Positions 53,060 through 64,000 of a stretch of DNA of 64,000 bases are shown piece by piece; position 1 is the stretch's first letter; every line of letters begins with the position of its first letter. The notes under the pieces are model-generated. The model saw only the letters and a program-made list of their open reading frames with translations. It ran no database searches and was not told where the DNA came from. The DNA is from Eledone cirrhosa (Eukaryota), in the NCBI GenBank assembly GCA_964016885.1, contig OZ024746.1, positions 62,434,001-62,498,000 of the forward strand, in the 5' to 3' direction. The position numbers and the translations under genes were made by a program.

Positions 53060-55375
53060 GGTGATGAATTATGACACAATGGTGGTAGAGAAAGACAAGT
53101 GTGACGATGATGATGATGTTGATGATGATGTTGATGATGATGATGACAATGATGATGATGATGATGATAATGATGATGACAATGGTGATGATGACAATGG
53201 TGATGATGACAATGGTGATGATGATGGCAATGATGATGATGATGGCAATGATGATGATGATGACAATAATGATGATGATGACAATAATGATGATGATGAT
53301 GATGACGATGATGATGATGATGGTGGTGAAGATGATGGTGAAGATGACTGATGATGAAGATGATAAAGATAATGGTAGTTATTTTTGTGCCAATCTTGCT
53401 ACTGTTGTTGTTAATGATGATGATGATGGTAATAATGGTGATATTGCCCTGTTATTATTGTTGATCTTGATGCTGCCACAGTAGCAAATGGTGGTGGTGG
53501 TGGTGGTGGTGGTGGTAGTAATGGTGATGGTGGTGCTGGTGGTGTTGGTGGTAGTGGTGGTGGTGATAGTGATGGTTGTGGTGGTGTTAGTGATGGTGGT
53601 AGTAGTAATGGTGCTGGTAATGATGATGATAATGGTGGTGGTGTTGTTGGTGGTAGTAATGATGATGGTGTTGGTAATGCTGATAATGGTGGTGGTGCTG
53701 GTAGTAGTAATAGTGATGGTGATGGTGATGGTGATGGTGGTGGTGGTGATGATAATGGTGGTGGTGCTGGTGGTAGTAATGGTGGTGATGGTGATGGTAG
53801 TAATGGTGATGGTGGTGATGGTAGTAATGGTGATGGTGGTGGTGGTGGTGGTAGTGGTGATGGTGGTGGTAGTAATGTTAATGGTGGTGGTAGTAATGAT
53901 AATGATAGTGGTGATGGTGGTGGCAGTAATGTTGATAATGATCAAGATGATGATGATGATGATCCACAAGGCTAATAGGTACTTAATTGCATAACTAATT
54001 ATAGCATAGAATGCAATTTCAAATGTAATTTTTTTTTCCAGATAAAATAAGTGAAGGAAATAACAGACAAAAAAAAGACAACACACACACACACACACAC
54101 ACACTCTCTCTCTCTCTCACACACATACTGTTTCTCACACACACACACACACTCTCCTATACACATACTGTTTCTCACACACACACACTCTCTCTCTCAC
54201 ACACATACACTCTCTCTTTCATACACAGATTCTCTCTCTCACACACACATACTGTTTCTCACACACACACACTCTCTCTCTCACACACATACAATCTCTT
54301 TCTCTTTCATACACACACAGATTCTCTCTATCTCACACACACCACACACACTGTTTCTCATACATAAAAGGGAAGCAGCAACAACAATCCATCTTCATTA
54401 TCATCATCACCATCACCATCCCCACCACCAACATTATTACCCTCACCAACACCACCAATACAACCATCACTATTACCTCCATCACCAATACCACCATCCC
54501 CACCACCAATACAACCATCACTATTACCATCAACCCCACCACCAACATTATTACCCTCACCAACACCACCAATACAACCATCACTATTACCTCCATCACA
54601 AATACCATCAACCCCACCAATACCACCATCCCCACCACCAACATTATCACCTTCACCAACACCACCAACACAACCATCACTATTACCTCCATCACCAATA
54701 CCATCAACCCCACCAATACCACCATCCCCACCACCAACATTATCACCCTCACCAACACCACCAATACAACCATCACTATTACCTCCATCACCAATACCAT
54801 CATCACCACCATTGCCATTAGCTTCATCTCCAATACCATCACCACTAGCTTCATCATCACCACCACCACCACTAGCTTCATCACCAATACCACCATCACC
54901 AATACTACCATCACCACCACTAGCTTCATCTCCTATACCACCATCACCACCACTAGCTTCATCACCAATACTACCATCACCACCACTAGCTTCATCTTCA
55001 ATACCATCATCACCATCACCACCACTAGCTTCATCATCACCATCACCACCACCACTAGCTTCATCACCAATACCATCACCACCAATACTACCATCACCAC
55101 CACTAGCTTCATCTTCAATACCATCATCACCATCACCACCACTGGCTTCATCATCACCATCACCACCACCACTAGCTTCATCACCAATACCATCATCACC
55201 AATACTACCATCACCACCACTAGCTTCATCTCCTATACCACCATCACCATCACCACCATTAGCTTCATCACCACCACTAGCTTCATCTCCTATGCCACCA
55301 TCACTAGTTTCATCTCCAATACCACCACCAGCTTCATCTCCTATACCACCATCATCACCAATACTACCACCATCA
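53060..55375. repeat. Trinucleotide low-complexity field ((GAT)n, (GGT)n, (CAC/CAT)n and CACCACTAGCTTCAT repeats)
   Basis: Seen directly. Confidence 0.88.
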
Positions 55376-55734
55376 CGGTTACCAAATATTTCATTGTTTT
55401 AAAAAACTCAGGCAACTGTGTAAAAGAGACTAAGACTAACAGTTTACCATTCCTATCACCATAGTAGTTGCTATGTCTATATTAGGTTGTTTGTCAATGT
55501 AACATAATTATGGTGAGAGGGGGGTTCTTCTTCTTCTTATTATTATTATTATTACTAAATTAATATAATTAAAAATAATAAAAACAATGAAAAAAAAAGT
55601 TGACACCCCAAAAATTATTGATATTTTTGTTGTTGAACAGGAAAAGAAGAAGAGCTGGCACCAAGTAGAGAAGTCATTCATAACCAAAATAACAATTGGT
55701 AGCATACACATACATATATAACAACATGCTCACA

Positions 55735-57760
55735 TATTCAAGACAACACATATGTATACACATACATACACAAAACACATACACCATGCCCACATCTGTA
55801 AGACAACACACACACATACATACATACATACATACACAAAACACATACACCATGCCCACATATGCAAGACAACACACACATGTATACACATACACAAAAC
55901 ACATACACCATGCCCACATATGCAAGACAACACACATACATACATACACAAAACATACACCATGCCCACATCTGCAAGACAACACACACACATACACAAA
56001 ACACATACACCATGCCCACATATGTAAGACAACACACATACATACATACATACACAAAACACATACACCATGCCCACATCTGCAAGACAACACACATACA
56101 TACACAAAACACATACACCATGCCCACATATGCAAGACAACACACACACACATACATACATACACCATGCCCACATATGCAAGACAACACACACACATAC
56201 ATACATACATACATACATACACAAAACACATACACCATGCCCACATATGCAAGAAGACACACATACATACACAAAACACAAACACCATGCCCACATATGC
56301 AAGACAACACACATACATACATACACAAAACACATACACCATGCCCACATATGCAAGACAACACACATGTATACACATACTTAAACAAAACACATACAAC
56401 ATGCCCACATCTGCAAGACAACACACATACATACATACACAAAACACAAACACCATGCCCACATATGCAAGACAACACACATACATACATACACAAAACA
56501 CATCCACCATGCCCACATATGCAAGACAACACACATACATACATACACAAAACACAAACACCATGCCCACATATGCAAGACAACACACATACATACATAC
56601 ACAAAACACATACACCATGCCCACATATGCAAGACAACACACATACATACATACACAAAACACATCCACCATGCCCACATATGCAAGACAACACACATAC
56701 ATACACAAACACCATGCCCACATATGCAAGACAACACACATACATACATACACAAAACACATACACCATGCCCACATATGCAAGACAACACACATACATA
56801 CATACACAAAACACAAACACCATGCCCACATATGCAAGACAACACACATACATACATACACAAAACACATCCACCATGCCCACATATGCAAGACAACACA
56901 CATACATACATACACAAAACACATACACCATGCCCACATATGCAAGACAACACACATACATACATACACAAAACACAAACACCATGCCCACATATGCAAG
57001 ACAACACACATACATACATACACAAAACACAAACACCATGCCCACATATGCAAGACAACACACACACATACATACACAAAACACATACACCATGCCCACA
57101 TATGCAAAACACACATACATACATACACAAAACACATACACCATGCCCACATATGCAAGACAACACACATACATACACAAAACACATACACCATGCCCAC
57201 ATATGCAAGACAACACACATACATACATACACAAAACACATACACCATGCCCACATATGCAAGACAACACACATACATACATACACAAAACACATACACC
57301 ATGCCCACATATGCAAGACAACACACATACATACATATACAAAACACATACACCATGCCCACATATGCAAGACAACACACATACATACATACATACATAC
57401 ACAAAACACAAATACCATGCCCACATATGCAAGACAACACACACAAATACATACATACACAAAACACATACACCATGCCCACATATGCAAGACAACACAC
57501 ATACATACATACATACACAAAACACATACACCATGCCCACATATGCAAGACAACACACATACATACATACACAAAACACATACACCATGCCCACATATAC
57601 AAGACAACACACACACATACATACATACACAAAACACATACACCATGCCCACATATGCAAGAAGACACACATACATACACAAAACACATACACCATGCCC
57701 ACATATGCAAGACAACACACATGTATACACATAATTACACAAAACACATACAACATGCAC
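55735..57760. repeat. ~54-bp minisatellite with a variable (CATA)n segment, roughly 35-40 copies
   Basis: Constant core CACAAAACACATACACCATGCCCACATATGCAAGACAACAC. Confidence 0.95.
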
Positions 57761-58647
57761 ACATATACAAAACACAGACATACACATATATAAAACAACA
57801 CATACACCTGTAAAACACACACACATGTAAAACAACTCTCACATACGTGTACATACACAAAACACATACAACATGCAAACATAGGCAAAACAACACAAAC
57901 ACACACACATATACACATACATATATACACACAACAGCCAAAACACACGCACAACATACATACACACACACACTACATACATACACACACACACTTGCAA
58001 AATAACCCACTGGTAGCAAACACAAAAATCACATACACAGAACAATTACTACACGTACATATATACACACGCACACACACACACACACACAAAAAACAAC
58101 AAGAACAACAACCATACACATGAAGCAACCAACTGTAATACAGATATTGTTTTGTCTCTTTAACTTGCAAACTCAGTGAAAAAAATAATGGCTGCCAGTG
58201 AGAACAAGAGGAGTTAATGTGGAAATATGGTGGAGATGGTGTGGAGACGGCGGTGTTGGTGGAGGTGATGGTGATGGTGGAGATGGAGGAGGGTGTTGGT
58301 GGTTTAGATGAAGGTGTTGATGGTGATGGTGGGGCGGGAGGGGTTATGGTGAGATGGTGAAGGATGGTTGGGGTGCTGGTGCGAGTGGTGGTCGTTTAGA
58401 TGGTGATTGTGGTTATGGTGAAATGGTGAGGGGGGTTCGTTTAGATGGTGAAGGTGTTGAAAGTGCTAGAGATGGTAGTGATGGAAGTGTTGGCGGTGGT
58501 GGTGGTTCAGCAGTTGAAGGTGTTGATGGAGGTGTTGTTGTTGTTGTTGATGATGATGATGTTGGTGGAGGTGTTGATAGTGGTTTATATGGAGGTGTCG
58601 ATGGTGGTAGTGATGTAAACAAATATGAGTGAAGTATTGAACAAAAA

Positions 58648-59352
58648 CTGTTTCTAATTGAGGCACAATGCCATCAATTTCTTTTTTTTTGGGGGGGGGG
58701 GGGGGGGGATAAATTGATTAAATTGCCCCTAGTAAATGAATGGTACTTTAGTTTATTGACACCAGAAGAACAAAAAGTAAAGCAGATACAATGGGCTATA
58801 ACAAAATATTGCAATACATTTTGTTTGATGTTCAAATAATTCTACCACAATCCAAATAATAATTGTTTCTACTTTTGGCACAAGGCCAGCAATTCCCCCC
58901 AGTGCATTACTGGTACTTTATTTTATCGACCCCGTAAGGTTGAAAAGGAAAGTTAACCTTGGTGGGATTTGAACTCAGACCGTAAAGGGACATAACTCTA
59001 TGCTGGAAAGCATGGCGTCCGACCCTCCACCGATACTGCCAATCCACCCTACTTTTGGCACAATTTCAAGGGGAGAGAAATCTCTTGTTTTTTTTTTTAT
59101 TTATATGGCCATGCAAGGTTGAAGAGATAAAATAAGTTTCTAGATTTGGCACAAGGCCAGCAATTTGAAGAGAAAGGCAAAGTTGATTAAATCAACCTCA
59201 GTACATTACTGGTACTTTATTTTATTGACTCCATAAGAATGAAAGGCAAAGCTAACCACGGCAGGAATTGAACTCAGAATGTAAAGGGCCATAACTATAT
59301 GCAGCAAAGCATGATGTCTGATCCTCTACTGATACTGCCAACCTACCACCCT
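58648..59352 (-). mobile_element. Cluster of three SINE family 2 copies (58648-58850 degraded, 58862-59050, 59135-59352)
   Basis: Reverse complements of the family-2 consensus. Confidence 0.78.
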
Positions 59353-59741
59353 TCCTTGAAGAGATAAAATAATAATTTTGCAAATTGAATTCCAAACAGG
59401 ATTGGAATTATCCATGCACACATACACACACTAAAAAATTCAAATGATTGTATTGCTACAAGCTATATTGTTGTTTACACTTAGCAGAAGTGGGAGAAAA
59501 ACATGAGATCTCATTCAAGAAATATTAAGATACTTGAAAGCCTGAATATTAAGAAGGTTCTGGACTACCAGCAGTAGTGAAATGACAAAGAAAGATATGA
59601 AAAACTTGGAGTTACCATGTTACTTGTTGGGTAGAGAATATCAATTGGTATTCCCTATAATAACCGGCCCAAAGCAACAAACTTGGTCGTGATAAATAGT
59701 CAAATAATAATATTAAAAATAATAAAGACAATTTTATTTAC

Positions 59742-60350
59742 CTGGCCTTTTTCTTTCTCAACCTTTTTGAAACATTTGTTCAATGACAAATTATGCCGCA
59801 CTGAATTTTTCCAACCTGTTGGTGCGCTTAGGAAGTAAGGGAAATTCTTTAAAATCCAAGAATAGATGTCTTTGACAGGCAAGCTTTTCTGTGGGGATTC
59901 CTCAATTGCCATGAAAATTAGACAACTAAAGGAATAAGGGGGTTTATTGTTGATATGTTTTTGAGGATTATATGGTACATGGGGTGGATGTATAGGAGTT
60001 GATGCAGGGACCACAGCTTGTATATCTCCATTTTCTTTTTGTCCGTCCTCATCTGTTAGCTGGTCATCCACCTCACCAGCATTAATGTTCTTAATTAAGT
60101 TGGTGTCTTGCAGCCACGCAAGGCTCGTTAGTTCATCGTCTTCATCCATAGGCCCTTTATCAAGGCGTAGTTCTGTAAAACAGCTGCTACTTAGAGGATC
60201 GGTCTTCATATCTTCAGAATCAGAGTCCATATAATTGAGAGCACGTGACAGCGCACTCCCTGGGAAGCTCTGGCTTAGACTGTTGACAAGTCTTTGCCGC
60301 ATGGAAGCATCACTTTCATCAAGGCTCCTGTTGCTGCCCATGTTTGCCAT
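59742..60350 (-). CDS. FoxN3: FoxN2/3 forkhead transcription factor, first coding exon (exon 59742-60367; N-terminus plus most of the forkhead domain)
   Basis: Translation gives DDELTSLAWLQDTNL (FoxN2/3 N-terminal motif) and KPPYSFSCLIFMAIE...APTGWKNSVRHNLSLNKCFKKVEKEKGQ (FoxN2/3 forkhead signature). A polypyrimidine tract plus AG acceptor lies at 60369-60368, and a GT donor (CAG|GTAAAT) at 59741-59740, matching where I recall vertebrate FOXN3 being split. Candidate ATGs are at 60350 and 60341. Confidence 0.93.
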
Positions 60351-60454
60351 GGGCCATATATCAGCCCCTAAAGGAAAGAAAAAAAGAAAAAATCCATTAA
60401 GACATGAGGCACATATGTAGTCACAAAAGAACAATTAAAAATATATATAAAAAA

Positions 60455-60697
60455 CAATATGTAAACACAGTCCTACATGTGTTGAGTTAAGCAAAAGATA
60501 TAAAGAACATGTAAACACAGCTCTACATGTGTTGAGTTAACAAGCAAAAGATATAGAGAACATGTAAACACAGTGCTACATGTGTTAAGTTAACAACCAA
60601 AAGATATAAAGAACATGTAAACACAGTGCTACATGTGTTAAGTTAACAACCAAAAGATATAAAGAACATGTAAATACAGCCCTACATATGTTTAGTT
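60455..60697. repeat. Five copies of a 50-53-bp tandem repeat, each with GTAAA(C/T)A, next to the FoxN exon acceptor
   Basis: GTAAACA at 60461, 60511, 60564 and 60617; GTAAATA at 60670. Confidence 0.9.
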
Positions 60698-62003
60698 AAA
60701 AAAACTGGAAGAATCATTTCCCTCATTTTTATCTACTGAAAGAAGAGCTCCAAACTAAAATAAATTAAAATTTGATACCAACCCACACAAAACTGCCAAT
60801 TCTATGATGACAAAACTCTTGTTTTAAAGTATTTATATCTAAATATCTAAATAAAAAATAATGTTATGAAAGAATATATTTGTTAAGTTATGTACTAAAC
60901 ACTAACTCAATAATATAAGTTAGCTATTTTACTAAATTCATTCAAATTGTTTATTATTTACAAAATTAATTAAAAAACATAGATGATGTATTTCACAGCT
61001 GGACATCTCATCTAACCCATGCAAGCATGAAAATAGATGCTAAACAGTGATAATGGTGATAACGATGATATGGTATTAAAGAACTAAAGAACTATACATT
61101 TTCAAGTGTGAAATTGGGTTTATTAATATGACACATTTGCAGGAATTTGACAGCAGGTCAGTTTAAAGAAATGTGATGTTTCTTTCAAACCTTAGCTCGT
61201 CAAATGTGCGAAATGAACGAATCTATTCTATAAAGACTGAACCCAACCATTTTAACCACCCAGCTGGTTGGTGTACCATCACCTAAAAGTTTCATTTAGC
61301 TCTTTTATTGCTTTCAGTCATTGGATAGCAGCCATATTAAGTCACTACTTTCAAAGGTTTTTTACATAGAACATTTTTATTTTATACTGCAAATTTTCAA
61401 AGCTATCTGTCCACAAGTAAATATACTATAAATACTTGAATTATCAAACCCTTTTTTTTTTCTTTTAGATATTTTCCGCTAAATCATTACAGGGTTTTAA
61501 GAGTTAATAAAGGGGGATGGATCACCAGAATCACTTCAATAAACAACATCAAGAAAACATATTTTACCTCTTCCAACAGAAACAACATACAACTAGAATC
61601 ATTTATCTTGCTACAAATACTAGGCCCCACTATTTCGAGAATGACTATTCTTAATATACCAGACATAGATTCACAAAGACTGGTATTCAGCTTCAAAACC
61701 AGACACATCAGCATTGCCAACAACTACAGTTGAAAACTACATTGAAGTACTTCTCCCACACATACAGACATCCTAAACTGTATCCAACAAAGAAAGGCCA
61801 CTTGACTGTTTGGCTTGAAGCCACTCACAAACACTCCAACCTGTCTCCTCACATTTTTCTACTTTTTTGTGGGGTCTGCTCATTGGAGTTTGATGGTCTC
61901 ATGTCATCTCCACCTCTCATCAATCATGTTGTAGAAGCCCCAGCCTTCTACAACAGCCAACCCTTCTTCCTCTGTAGGTATCTCTCTAATTCCCTGCAAC
62001 TGT

Positions 62004-62244
62004 TTAACCCTTTAGCATTTACATTACTCTATATATACTATTGTATTTACTATTACATTTTCATGGTAAAGGCTTCACCTCACATAATTATCTCACATAA
62101 TATCAAATCTACGAGATTTTGATATTATTTAGGTTGAGAACAATACTTTAACATCACTATGAATGGCCAGTTACAGTTGGTTCGAACAGAAAGAGGTGAG
62201 AGAATTCTGGCTGGATATGGCCAGTTTAAATGCTAAAGGGTTAA
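62004..62244 (+). mobile_element. piggyBac-type MITE family 1
   Basis: Perfect TTAACCCTTTAGCATTTA / TAAATGCTAAAGGGTTAA termini. Confidence 0.88.
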
Positions 62245-63274
62245 AAGGAACAGAAACTACCTTTACGACCCCAGTCATAGAGGGACAGTGCCAGCTAAGA
62301 ACACACCCCATTTTCTATACCAGACCAGTAAAAATAAATATAAACCATAACATTCTGTTAATCAATGTTTGATTGATATATGTAGGTAGGAGGAAATTCC
62401 AGAGAATTGGCAATCTAAGGGAAAATGACTGAATAAGTGCTTCCCTATACAGGCATGTATATCGTTGTATGAGAACATTCATTTATTCTCTTGCTGGTTT
62501 CAATCAGAATATTTATACACATGTACAAACACAATTGAAGAAGGCAAACTGGTTTAAAAGATTTTGTAGAGATGAAAAGAAAATTATCTCAAGAATACAA
62601 TTAGCCAAAACACAAACTAATCAAAACCAAATATATGATTTTCTACTATTCAAAAATGTATACACATATTTATTATAATGTTGTTGAAGTATGTATACAT
62701 TTTTTGGAACAACCTGTATGTATTGCTAATTACTGAGTAGCTTATCCATGATAGTTATGTTTTGATGTCTTGTTGATAAGCAGGTGGAAGCAGGTAAGAG
62801 CACTCTACGTCAGCCATATATATCGAACATTACAATGGCAATCAAACAGGGTTTCTATGTATGATGTAATGTTATGATTACATAATTGTATTTATGTAAT
62901 CTTAACATTTATCTTAACGTTTCTCTATATATATATATGTGCTCTCTCTCTCTCTCTCTCGAGAGAGAGAGAGAGAGAGCGCGAGAGAGAGCACAAAAAG
63001 CATATTTAAAGGATCTGTTTTTCTTTTTTCTTCTTTGACATTATTGAAAAAAATAGGAGGAACGATTTTTTTTTTTAAAAAGAAGTTTTATAATGTATAT
63101 AAAATATATAAAATGTAACCAGTTTCGATGTATCAGTGAAATCCATCTTATCAAATGTTGAGTATTAGAATTAAAAAGAATTAAAAATTAAAGATTTAAA
63201 ATTAAGTGTTGAGGCAGGTTTGTTCATCTTTCTTGCTGAGAAGATCTAAAGTGGAATCTTATGTTATATAGAGA

Positions 63275-63321
<47 letters not shown>

Positions 63322-63499
63322 TATATATATTTACAAGGTAAATTATATGAGTTGATGTTAAAGCTCTAATGTAATTTTGTCAATATCCACATTGACGAAA
63401 AAGGGTTCAGAGATAAATCCAATTAGTATATTTCCAGTCACTGTAGATTTACTAATCACAGAGCATATATAACAAATATAGGATCTCCAAGGCATAGCA

Positions 63500-63750
63500 A
63501 TATGGCACAATTATTCCACCTCAATTGGCCCTGCTCACTTTAACATTACACCAAAACACATTAAAACAGAAACAAACCCCATAAAGTTCAAGAAGTCTTT
63601 GGACAAATTCCTTCAAGAAATCCCAGATATGTCTCTGTAAACAATAACTCTCTGGGCCATGGTGTTCAAATCCTGATTTGAAAGACTTCGCCAAGTGGTG
63701 CTATTGAGTTAGACATGGCCTGGGCCAATTATGGCCGAAAACTATCAAAG
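63500..63750 (+). mobile_element. CR1/L2-group LINE 3' fragment
   Basis: Frame reads STSIGPAHFNITPKHIK...FKKSLDKFLQEIPD, matching the CR1-group C-terminal 'GP.LFN.LP..I...FK..LD.FL' pattern. Confidence 0.7.
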
Positions 63751-64000
63751 GGGTGTGTGTGTATATATACGTAACACTTGAAACCATCTATGGAGATTTG
63801 ATTCCAATATCCCTTGGACTCAAGCAAAAGAGACTACAGTTTGCTGGTCACTGTCATTGAGCCAACAAAGAAATCATATCATCTCTCCTTCTGTGCCATC
63901 CCTCTGGATGTGTCTATTCACGAAAACTGTCTTTCCCAGACACCATAGCTCGGGACTCAGGGTTGGACATAAGGAATCTGGGGACAGCAATGCAGGACTG

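Noticed and set aside
53061-55402. Poly-Asp, poly-Val/Met, His-rich and Ser/Pro extensin-like ORFs (also 18567-19664)
   Set aside because: They come from trinucleotide low-complexity DNA that is open on both strands and has no supported exon structure.
55674-57969. Several 480-740-aa Cys/His-rich ORFs on both strands
   Set aside because: They are translations of a CA-rich minisatellite and are open in most frames.
59700-60434. Full 244-aa ORF as the FoxN protein
   Set aside because: Both ends (MFFCDY...FFPL and VNKIVFIIFNIII) are intronic read-through beyond the splice sites.

Overview
AT-rich, microsatellite-saturated animal genomic DNA. The SINE and RTE repertoire points to an octopus or another coleoid cephalopod; this is inferred from remembered repeat families, not from a database search. 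The only host gene I can support is one minus-strand exon (59742-60367) of a FoxN2/3 forkhead transcription factor. I did not find the next exon (expected to begin x-I-G-K-G-S-L-W), so the lower ~59.7 kb is probably intron. That region contains three 5'-truncated RTE-clade LINE copies from two subfamilies, each with a C4HC3 PHD-like finger inside the RT, and one copy keeps a ~740-codon open frame. It also holds CORE-type SINEs that share the RTE 3' tail, a second abundant tRNA-derived SINE, TTAA piggyBac-type MITEs (often nested), hAT and Tigger MITEs, a Penelope-type minimal hammerhead ribozyme, and several minisatellites. Nearly all other ORFs in the track are repeat artefacts. The best candidate for something undescribed is an RTE/SINE partnership that sits in (TA)n microsatellites and whose shared 3' tail can be drawn as a chain of covarying H-type pseudoknots. 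Also notable are a forkhead-motif tandem array beside the FoxN exon and a satellite that appears to derive from a SINE B-box.
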